Origin: a virus
Length of the DNA: 64,000 nt
Reading direction: 5' to 3' (one strand)
IMG/VR virus record: IMGVR_UViG_3300042887_004758
Location: 45,982 to 109,981 of that record
The translations under genes were made by a program, and so were the position numbers. Within the stretch, counting starts at the first letter, position 1. Each line of letters opens with the position of its first letter. The notes under the pieces are model-generated. The model was not told the DNA's origin and did no database searches. It saw only the letters and a program-made list of their open reading frames with translations. Shown here in pieces: positions 29,646 through 37,978 of the stretch.

Positions 29646-31799
29646 ATGCCAACTAATGTACTCGTGGGTCTATCGAATGACACAATAGGTGTTGAAAATT
29701 ATGATATTTACGTTAGTGATTGTAACGATGGTATATTGGTTTATGTGACAGGTATAACATTCGAACAATTCGAATATACTTTTGATATAGAACAATATTT
29801 AACGGGATATTCAGGATGTTATAACTATTTTATTTCAGGAGATACAGGATGTATTTGTGAAGGACAATACACAAATATACCCGCATCCCCAACTCCAACA
29901 AAAACCGTCACACCAACAATAACTCCGACCAATACGGTGACTGCGTCTATAACACCAACAAATACAATCACACCCACGAATACCATTACTCCGACAGTAA
30001 CACCGACAATTACACGAACACCAACATTAACACCAACATTGACTAGAACTGTTACTCCAACATCAACTGTAACTCCAACCCCTCCCTGTCTTTGTTATGA
30101 AAACATTCAATTGAGTTTGGTGTGTGATATTCTTGAAGGTCAAAGCTGTCCTGAGTTTATTTTTGTAGATTATACAACTTGTGGTGGTAGTCAAGCGTCC
30201 ATTCAATTAAACTACGGAGCTTCAGGTATTTTGATCTCAGGTTGTTCGACACTCAATTCATTCCAAGTAAGTAGTTCAACTCCAATCTTGGATGGTCAAT
30301 TAGTAGTTGATTTCTCTAATGCTGATTGTTGTGCTGATCCACCTCTCTCTCCGACACCAACACAAACCAGCACATCTACGAATACACCAACACCCACACT
30401 TACACCTACCGTGACACCTACAAGTCTCAATTTCGCGGTTAGTATTTCAGGATGTTGCTTCCCGAATGTTCTTTCTACAACATTTACATTCCCAACCGCA
30501 GTATTTGTAGGAAACAGTTTTTATTGGGAAGGAAACCAACAATTCCCCGCACAGTGTTATTTGATCACAAATGTAATTTCTGTTGGTGATGTTTTCGGAG
30601 CACCGATCGCCACGATCGAAGATGTGTATGATCAATGTTCGGGATGTACAACCGTTAATGTTTGTCCTACACCGACACCAACAGTTACTCCGACCGTAAC
30701 AGTAACACCTACAGTAACAAGTACACCAACATTAACCCCAAGTGTTACAAGAACAGTCACTCCAACGTTGAGTCAAAACCTAATATATGCAAGAGTAAGT
30801 CCCTGTTGTCCTGAATTATATCCTGGACAGACGAATATAAGTGTCGTGATGCCAGCATCATCTTATAGTCTCCCGCAGGTTATAGTTGCAGACAATAACT
30901 GCTTCACGTTAGGTGTTCAACTTCCTCAACCAGGTACGATAAATTTGGTTTATCAATCAACATTTACTGCGGGGTCTGGAGATTGCGCATCATGTCTCTT
31001 AGTATATCCATGTCCAGTAACACCAACTCCAACACCAACGGTCACTCCAACACCGACACCTTCTACTTATTTCAAGTTGACCCCTTGTTGTGATTATGAC
31101 CCATCAATAACAATTGAACAAACGGTTGCTAGTTCCGCGTACAACTTCATTAACGGTAGAAGATATATACTCGATGGTGTGGCATATACAGTAGCGGGTC
31201 CATTAACCGGTCCTTCTTCTTACGTTCCATCAACAATAAATGGACCATATAACACATGTTCATTGGCTTTAGCGGCTCCTGTTGTACAGTTCTCTTGTTA
31301 TACACCACCCGCACCTACACCTTCCTCTACACCAGCATGTGATTGTAGAAGATACGTAAGTGTTTCGTATTTGTGTGATGAGATCGACCAAACAACATTC
31401 TGTCAAGGGTCGATAGATTTCAAATATACCGATTGTGAAACTTTGGAAGAAGTGGTTTCATCTATCGAGTTGTACAACAGTAAAGTTTTACAAGAATGTG
31501 TCGTATTCAATAGTATAGAAGCAATCACCGAACTGAACCCCGCGGAATTGTTCATCGTAGAAGTAGGACAGAGTGAGTGTTGTGGATCTGCCCCTCAACC
31601 TGATAGTTTGGTTTGGGAGGTCAGAAATTGTGTCACAGGACTTGTTTCTACCATGTCAGGTCCTTCGACATTAACAAATGGTAACGTTGTAAGAACTTCT
31701 GATCTACAATGTTGGTTGGTGTTAAATTTGTCACCACAACCTACTTACCAATACGTGTATTCGTCAACTCAAGTGTCTTGTAACGATTGTTTATCATAA
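29646..31799 (+). CDS. Mucin-like multi-module Cys-rich structural protein
   Basis: Alternating PT linkers and CC...C..C modules; N-terminus paralogous to 28017. Confidence 0.75.
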   Translation: MPTNVLVGLSNDTIGVENYDIYVSDCNDGILVYVTGITFEQFEYTFDIEQYLTGYSGCYNYFISGDTGCICEGQYTNIPASPTPTKTVTPTITPTNTVTASITPTNTITPTNTITPTVTPTITRTPTLTPTLTRTVTPTSTVTPTPPCLCYENIQLSLVCDILEGQSCPEFIFVDYTTCGGSQASIQLNYGASGILISGCSTLNSFQVSSSTPILDGQLVVDFSNADCCADPPLSPTPTQTSTSTNTPTPTLTPTVTPTSLNFAVSISGCCFPNVLSTTFTFPTAVFVGNSFYWEGNQQFPAQCYLITNVISVGDVFGAPIATIEDVYDQCSGCTTVNVCPTPTPTVTPTVTVTPTVTSTPTLTPSVTRTVTPTLSQNLIYARVSPCCPELYPGQTNISVVMPASSYSLPQVIVADNNCFTLGVQLPQPGTINLVYQSTFTAGSGDCASCLLVYPCPVTPTPTPTVTPTPTPSTYFKLTPCCDYDPSITIEQTVASSAYNFINGRRYILDGVAYTVAGPLTGPSSYVPSTINGPYNTCSLALAAPVVQFSCYTPPAPTPSSTPACDCRRYVSVSYLCDEIDQTTFCQGSIDFKYTDCETLEEVVSSIELYNSKVLQECVVFNSIEAITELNPAELFIVEVGQSECCGSAPQPDSLVWEVRNCVTGLVSTMSGPSTLTNGNVVRTSDLQCWLVLNLSPQPTYQYVYSSTQVSCNDCLS

Positions 31800-31809
31800 C
31801 ATTCAGTGA

Positions 31810-32184
31810 ATGGAATTTAATATCAGTAAAAAAAGCACGTTACCCCTCCTTAAAGTAGAACTTACTAAGGATGGGGTAACGATGTTTACTGATTTTATAG
31901 ATGACCTTGAAAAGGCGACGATTTTTTTTTCAATGAATGATGTTGCCACAGGAACCAAGAAAGTTGTAAACGAAAGGGCGTATATTACAGCAAAAGAATT
32001 TACTGAACCTGAAACAAATACCGAATATTATATTTTTTATAAATTCAGATCTCAGGACACAAACAGGGTTGGAAGATATGAAGGTGAATTTTTTATATCT
32101 ATACCCGGAAAAGGTGTTTTAAAAACTCCCATCCGTGAACCTTTATTTATTAATGTCAAGGACTCGATTGATTTAACGATCTAA
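31810..32184 (+). CDS. BppU-like small baseplate/fibre attachment domain protein
   Basis: FNISKKSTLPLLKVEL...IFFSM...YKFRSQDTNRVGRYEGEFFI...P..EPLFINV. Confidence 0.6.
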   Translation: MEFNISKKSTLPLLKVELTKDGVTMFTDFIDDLEKATIFFSMNDVATGTKKVVNERAYITAKEFTEPETNTEYYIFYKFRSQDTNRVGRYEGEFFISIPGKGVLKTPIREPLFINVKDSIDLTI

Positions 32185-32196
32185 TTGTTTTATGTT
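32168..32196 (+). promoter_or_regulatory. Host-sigma-type promoter candidate for the DNA polymerase gene
   Basis: TTGATT-N17-TATGTT. Confidence 0.45.
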
Positions 32197-32210
32197 TTTC
32201 AAAAGGTAAA

Positions 32211-32227
32211 TGTCGGATGACCCGACA
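32211..32227 (+). promoter_or_regulatory. 5'-UTR hairpin upstream of the DNA polymerase gene
   Basis: TGTCGG-atgac-CCGACA; no U-tract; ends 23 nt before the ATG. Confidence 0.45.
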
Positions 32228-32250
32228 GCTAATAAACCATTTGAAAAATT

Positions 32251-34965
32251 ATGAAAGAAGCACCATCACCCGACGTTATTAAGTCCTTTCTTGAGGGAAG
32301 TGACCCTGAGGAATACATCGTTTCCGTTGAATTTGATTTCGTAAACGACTGTATATATAAAATCAAAGAAGTACCTGGTAAGGGTAAAACAATCCAAAGG
32401 GACACATTTATTCCCTTCGCTTGGGTTGGAGATTTAAGATCTCTGAAGTTCTATAATGGATCCAAAGAACTTCAACAAAAAGCAATTAGTGAACACAAAA
32501 TTGTTATTGAAAAACTCGAAACCCACGACAACGATCGATTGGAGAAGGGGTTGACCTTTATGGTTAAATGTCTCAATGGTTATCGTAGTTTGATTAAATT
32601 CTTCCGTGACGGAGGACTTGATCCTTATGGTGAAAAAGGTAAGGATAAGATTATGATCCTACCACCTGTGGAACAATATCTTATCCAAAGAGAAAAAAGG
32701 TTGTTCAAAGGTTTTTCTGAATATAACGAGATCACCCGTTTTGTATTTGACTTGGAGACGACCTCTTTGGAACCGAAGGACGGTCGTATCTTTATGATCG
32801 GTATGAAAACCAACAAAGGTTATCATCGGGTTATTGAATGTCATGACGATGAAACCGAGAAGAATGGTATTATTGAATTCTTCAAGGTAATCAATGAACT
32901 CAAACCCTCCATCATTGGATCTTATAATGGATTCAACTTTGACTGGTTTTGGATCTTTGAAAGGTGCAAGATCTTGGGTTTGGATATTAAGCAAATCTGT
33001 ATATCCCTTAACCCTGAGAGAAAGATTTCTCAAAGGGAAAATATGTTGAAACTCGCCAACGAGGTGGAGAAGTATGTCCAAACCTCTATTTGGGGTTATA
33101 ATGTGATTGATATTATCCATGCGGTAAGAAGAGCTCAAGCCATCAACTCCGATATTAAATCGGCTGGTCTTAAGTACATCACCAAATATATCGGAGCAAA
33201 CAAAGAAAATCGTGTGTATATTGATCACACAGACATAGGTCCTTTTTATCGTGATAATGAAAACTTTTGGTTAAATGTCCAAAACGGAAATTGGAGAAAA
33301 GATAAAGAAGAGTTCAAGGATTTGGATGTTCGGTTTCCCGGTGTTTACCAAAAGGTGACGGGTATGGAACTTGTGGAGAAATATCTTGACGGTGACTTGG
33401 AGGAAACGATGGTTGTGGATGAAGAATATAACCAAGCATCTTTCCTTCTTGCGTCCATGCTTCCCACCACCTATGAAAGGGTTTCAACGATGGGAACGGC
33501 AACTCTGTGGAAGATGCTTATGCTCGCATGGTCATATAAATATAAGCTCGCCATTCCTGCAAAAGAAGAAAAAACTAATTTTGTCGGAGGATTGTCTCGA
33601 CTAATCAAGGTGGGGTATTCTGAAAATGTCTTGAAACTTGACTTCTCTTCTCTTTATCCTTCCATCCAACTTGTTCATGATGTCTTTCCTGAATGTGATG
33701 TGACCAATGCGATGAAGGGGATGCTTAAGTTTTTCCGTGATGCGAGGATTCAATATAAACAACTCGCCGAAGACCATTATTCCACCAATCCGAAGTTGTC
33801 ATCACAATATAACAGAAAGCAACTTCCGATTAAGATCTTTATCAACTCTATGTTCGGTGCATTGTCCGCTCCTCAAGTATTCCATTGGGGTGATATGTAT
33901 ATGGGTGAACAGATCACTTGTACAGGAAGACAATACTTGCGTCAGATGATCAAGTTCTTTATGGACAAGGGATTTGACCCCCTCGTTATGGATACTGACG
34001 GTGTGAACTTCTCTTCACCACCCGATGTAGAGGACTATGAATATATCGGAAAGGGATTGAACTGGAAGGTTGAAAAGGGAAAGGTATATAAGGGAACTGA
34101 AGCTCACGTGGCCGAGTATAATGACATCTATATGAGGGGAGAGATGGCTTTGGATACCGACGGGGTTTGGCCTTCTTGTATCAATGTGGCGAGAAAGAAC
34201 TATGCTCTTGTAACGGCAAAAGGAAAAATCAAACTTGTGGGGAATACCATTAAGTCAAAGAAACTTCCGATCTATATTGAGGAATTTATTGACAAGGGAT
34301 TGAGAATGCTTCTCGCCGGTGATGGTGAAGGGTTTGTTGCATATTACTACGATTATATAGATCAGATTTATAACCGTCAAATCCCTTTGTTAAAAATCGC
34401 AAACAGAGCAAAAGTAAAACTGTCTATTGATGATTATGTCAAAAGGTGTGGTATGAAAACTACCGCAGGAAATCCGATGTCACGGATGGCTCATATGGAA
34501 CTTGCTATTAAAGAAAACCTGAAGGTAGATCTTGGCGATGTGATTTATTATGTAAATAATGGAACCCGCCAATCTCACGGGGATGTTCAAAAGAAAAAAG
34601 ATGAGTTAATTATCAACTGTTATCGTTTGGATCCACAAGATATTGAAAATAACCCCGATAAGGTGGGGGAATATAATGTTCCAAGGGCGATTAATACCAT
34701 CAACAAACGAATTGAACCTCTATTGGTTGTGTTTGATGAAATTGTTCGTGATAACCTTTTGATTGATAATCCAAAAGATAAGTATGTGTTCACAAAAACA
34801 CAATGTAAACTTATTAATGGTAAGCCGATCAAGGAAACCGACCAAGATTCTTTGGATGAGGTTTTGACTATTTCAGATCAGGAACTTGAGTATTGGAGAA
34901 AGAGGGGACTTTCACCAAACTATATCTACGAACTTGCAGATTTGGAGTTGGTTAATCCCACTTAA
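32251..34965 (+). CDS. Family B DNA polymerase
   Basis: FDLETT and YNGFNFDW (exonuclease), DFSSLYPS (motif A), KIFINSMFG (B), MDTDG (C), RKNYA. Confidence 0.95.
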   Translation: MKEAPSPDVIKSFLEGSDPEEYIVSVEFDFVNDCIYKIKEVPGKGKTIQRDTFIPFAWVGDLRSLKFYNGSKELQQKAISEHKIVIEKLETHDNDRLEKGLTFMVKCLNGYRSLIKFFRDGGLDPYGEKGKDKIMILPPVEQYLIQREKRLFKGFSEYNEITRFVFDLETTSLEPKDGRIFMIGMKTNKGYHRVIECHDDETEKNGIIEFFKVINELKPSIIGSYNGFNFDWFWIFERCKILGLDIKQICISLNPERKISQRENMLKLANEVEKYVQTSIWGYNVIDIIHAVRRAQAINSDIKSAGLKYITKYIGANKENRVYIDHTDIGPFYRDNENFWLNVQNGNWRKDKEEFKDLDVRFPGVYQKVTGMELVEKYLDGDLEETMVVDEEYNQASFLLASMLPTTYERVSTMGTATLWKMLMLAWSYKYKLAIPAKEEKTNFVGGLSRLIKVGYSENVLKLDFSSLYPSIQLVHDVFPECDVTNAMKGMLKFFRDARIQYKQLAEDHYSTNPKLSSQYNRKQLPIKIFINSMFGALSAPQVFHWGDMYMGEQITCTGRQYLRQMIKFFMDKGFDPLVMDTDGVNFSSPPDVEDYEYIGKGLNWKVEKGKVYKGTEAHVAEYNDIYMRGEMALDTDGVWPSCINVARKNYALVTAKGKIKLVGNTIKSKKLPIYIEEFIDKGLRMLLAGDGEGFVAYYYDYIDQIYNRQIPLLKIANRAKVKLSIDDYVKRCGMKTTAGNPMSRMAHMELAIKENLKVDLGDVIYYVNNGTRQSHGDVQKKKDELIINCYRLDPQDIENNPDKVGEYNVPRAINTINKRIEPLLVVFDEIVRDNLLIDNPKDKYVFTKTQCKLINGKPIKETDQDSLDEVLTISDQELEYWRKRGLSPNYIYELADLELVNPT

Positions 34966-35287
34966 TTCCGTCGGAACCCAAGATATACCAGTTTCCACCC
35001 ATAAATTGGAAATGAACTGCGGTTCCTTTGTTGATTTCTAATTCAGAATACTCTTCATCGATCAATCCTTTATCAGGTCTGATGATGGTTTTGGTTAAGG
35101 ATTTCACAACGATATTATCTGTTGTTGTGGAATCCAAAGTCAAAATGCAAGTGTCAACTTTTTTCACCAAAAGAACTCCCTCCCCATTGGTTGAATAATC
35201 TTTTTCAGAAATTATTGAAATCTCTGATGTTTTTACGAATTTTCCGCCGACGAATTTAAAGACGGGTGTAGATTTTAAAATACTCAT
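34952..35287 (-). CDS. Small beta-rich protein, probably structural
   Basis: 111 aa, directly downstream of the neck gene; ends GGNWYIL. Confidence 0.6.
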   Translation of the reverse strand: MSILKSTPVFKFVGGKFVKTSEISIISEKDYSTNGEGVLLVKKVDTCILTLDSTTTDNIVVKSLTKTIIRPDKGLIDEEYSELEINKGTAVHFQFMGGNWYILGSDGIKWD

Positions 35288-35288
35288 A

Positions 35289-36407
35289 TTAAATACTAAA
35301 GAATGAATAGGGGAACGCTCTATATTGAAGTGATTTATTTAAGTTTTCTGCTTCAAGAGCTTGTCTTTCCATCATTTTATCGGGTCTTAATCTTTCAAGT
35401 CTTAAGGTTAACTCTTCTAATAATTTAGATTTTTCGTCTTTAGCCTCAGTTAAAAGAGAATCGTATTCAAGTTGTAGTTCGGAGTCAGGGGTTTTTAAAT
35501 TACCACTGAATTTACCTCTTACCCTACCTAAAGTTTCTTTTACATAAGCTACGAACCATCTTCTCACCCAAGTTTTGGAAGGAGTGTTAAGTTCATCCCA
35601 AGCGACAACATCAATCGGAATATCTGATGGTAGTTTTACGATGTCTGGATTGTTGGATAAACAAGCGTCTCTGTCCTTATTGTGTGTATCATAATACCAA
35701 TACCAAACTCTATATTGGTTTCTTTGAATATTTCCAAAGTCAAAGGTACCACCAGGAACGTTATAGAGGTGTAGGGCTTTCTTTCCGTCAGGAAGTGCAG
35801 TTACTCTATAAGTTAATTCTCCACCGATCAATCTTTGTTTGATATTTCTATCTTGCATTCTCAAAAGAATATCGAAAGAAGGCATCAAGAAATAGTTTCC
35901 TTGAACACCAAACTGAGCGTATCCTGCCGGTCCACCAAGACCCATACCACCGAATCCACCGAATCCACCTAAGAATGGATCAATAAATCCTCCGTTTAAT
36001 TCTGCTACGGTAAACCAAAGTAATTCGTTGATTTCACGACCTGCGGGTATTTCATATATTTGTTGTCCCGCAACCAAATCTACATAATCTTTTTCTAATA
36101 CCCAATCTCCACCGGTTTGTAATCCTACAATTTTGGAGTAAGCGTAAGTGTATTGTGTTGCCCAATCTAAATTTCTTGTAATAAATGCTTTTGTAAGTGA
36201 TTGTTCATCAAGGTTTAGTCCATAAAGTGATGTCCACTGTGATTCAATCAACCACTCATTGATGTATTGAGAGTAATCCTGAATGGAAAACTCCAATAGA
36301 GAGTCCATCTGTTCTTCTTCTATTTCAATACTACGGAGGGGAGCCCCGAGCAAGTGAAGAACTCTTTTGTATAAGGTTTCCCTTTCTGATTGACTAATTC
36401 CTGCCAT
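35289..36407 (-). CDS. Neck / head-tail adaptor protein (T4 gp13-like)
   Basis: LLGAPLRSIEIEEEQMD...; WVRRWFVAYVKETLGRVRGKF; LLTEAKDEK; TATTTAT motif upstream at 36427-36421. Confidence 0.85.
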   Translation of the reverse strand: MAGISQSERETLYKRVLHLLGAPLRSIEIEEEQMDSLLEFSIQDYSQYINEWLIESQWTSLYGLNLDEQSLTKAFITRNLDWATQYTYAYSKIVGLQTGGDWVLEKDYVDLVAGQQIYEIPAGREINELLWFTVAELNGGFIDPFLGGFGGFGGMGLGGPAGYAQFGVQGNYFLMPSFDILLRMQDRNIKQRLIGGELTYRVTALPDGKKALHLYNVPGGTFDFGNIQRNQYRVWYWYYDTHNKDRDACLSNNPDIVKLPSDIPIDVVAWDELNTPSKTWVRRWFVAYVKETLGRVRGKFSGNLKTPDSELQLEYDSLLTEAKDEKSKLLEELTLRLERLRPDKMMERQALEAENLNKSLQYRAFPYSFFSI

Positions 36408-36427
36408 TTATCTTTTTTACATAAATA

Positions 36428-37954
36428 TTATAGTTCAACCTTATTTTCTTCTGGGAACCTATATTTACCTGTTGAAATATCCATATTGTTGGTTTTGAAG
36501 ATTAAAACCTCATCTCTTCTTGAAATAAATCCCATCAGATCTGTGTTATATTTTTTTACCGCTGCGGTTTTATCTATAACATAATAACCTTCTTCATCAA
36601 TATGATATCCGTCAAAAGGTTTGATCTGAATGGACTTCTTTCCGTCTCCGAAGTCTATATATCCGTCAATTCCATAAAAATCTTCTCTATTTCCAAGACC
36701 ACTTACAAGTTCAACGGTGACTTTTCCGTTACTTTTTTCTTCACACACCTTTTTGAATCTATTTTCTGTTGCCTGACCTTTTTCGTGTTGTTTCTTTAAA
36801 ACATCAAGTATCTTTTCCATCACCCAATCTTGGGTAATTTCATCTTTGAAGGATTTTAACATCCCCAAAAATCTGTTGAAATTTTTATCAAAGGTTGCGT
36901 TGTCCTCAGATTTTAGATTTAAATTATCCCACCCCTTCTTTTTTGCGATTTTGTTCATCATAAGAACAAGAAAACACATAAGGGTGTAGTTCGTGTTTGC
37001 ATAACTCAACACGGATCTTCCGGGTTGTTCTATATCATAAAACCCTGACTCAATACCTTGTGATCTATCGGTCTCTTTCCAATTGGAGGAGTACTTGTGT
37101 CTAAAAACATCAAAGATAAGTTTGGAGTAGTTCAACTTTTGGTTTCTTGACAATCTGTTGTAAACCACCATTTTAAATCTTGTTCCTTTACAAGGATCAA
37201 CCGAGTCTTGTTCAGTCAAAATTCTTGATTCTTTGATCTGTTCTTTGGGTTCTTCTTTCTTTTCTCTGTTAATTTGGTCGTTGTATAACTTATTTACAAA
37301 CTCCCAGTTCACTACCTTCCAAAAGTTTTGAACATATTCATCTCTTTTATTTTTGTATTTGAGATAATATGCGTGTTCCCAAAGATCCAACCCAAGAAGT
37401 GGATAACCACCATTTTTGATGATATTCATAAGGGGATTATCTTGGTTGGAGGTGCAGATAATCTTCAAGGTGTTTCTTTTGGTGAGAACAAGCCAACACC
37501 ACCCTGATCCAAATTTTCTTGTTGCGGTGCTTACAAACTTGTTTTTGAAATTTTCATAAGATCCGAAGTCTTTTCTGATCCTTTTCAAAATTTCTCCGTG
37601 AATATTCTGTTTTTCGGGTGTTAACATTTTCCAAAACAAAGCGTGGTTGAAGGCACCCCCTGCGTTATTTCTTACTGTTGTATTATATCTTGATATATTT
37701 TTTACAATCTTTTCAAGATCAACATCGTCTTCACCTAACTTCTTCAATGCGGAGTTTAGGTTCTTTACATAACCCTTATAATGTTTGTTGTAGTGAACAT
37801 TCATAGTCTCAGGATCAATAAACTTCCTTAAAGATGCGTAACTGTAAGGTAAATTCTCAATCCCAATGGATTTCATTTCTGTTAACAGTGGGTCTTTCTG
37901 TTCGGCTAAGATGATTTGGTTTTTTAAAACATCGGTTTTGGTTTCAATAGACAT
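36428..37954 (-). CDS. Mn-type superoxide dismutase fused to a C-terminal PD-(D/E)xK nuclease-like domain
   Basis: LPYSYASL, HYNKH, NNAGGAFNHALFW, FGSGW, NQDNP, DLWEHAYY; C-terminal KGQATE...EDFYGIDG...SIQIKP. Confidence 0.85.
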   Translation of the reverse strand: MSIETKTDVLKNQIILAEQKDPLLTEMKSIGIENLPYSYASLRKFIDPETMNVHYNKHYKGYVKNLNSALKKLGEDDVDLEKIVKNISRYNTTVRNNAGGAFNHALFWKMLTPEKQNIHGEILKRIRKDFGSYENFKNKFVSTATRKFGSGWCWLVLTKRNTLKIICTSNQDNPLMNIIKNGGYPLLGLDLWEHAYYLKYKNKRDEYVQNFWKVVNWEFVNKLYNDQINREKKEEPKEQIKESRILTEQDSVDPCKGTRFKMVVYNRLSRNQKLNYSKLIFDVFRHKYSSNWKETDRSQGIESGFYDIEQPGRSVLSYANTNYTLMCFLVLMMNKIAKKKGWDNLNLKSEDNATFDKNFNRFLGMLKSFKDEITQDWVMEKILDVLKKQHEKGQATENRFKKVCEEKSNGKVTVELVSGLGNREDFYGIDGYIDFGDGKKSIQIKPFDGYHIDEEGYYVIDKTAAVKKYNTDLMGFISRRDEVLIFKTNNMDISTGKYRFPEENKVEL

Positions 37955-37978
37955 AATGTGATAGTTTCTTAATAAATA

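Noticed and set aside
32251-34965. Intein or intron in the DNA polymerase (also checked the helicase and UvsX)
   Set aside because: ORFs are continuous and of ordinary length; no intein-terminal HN-C/S/T junction or LAGLIDADG motif recognised
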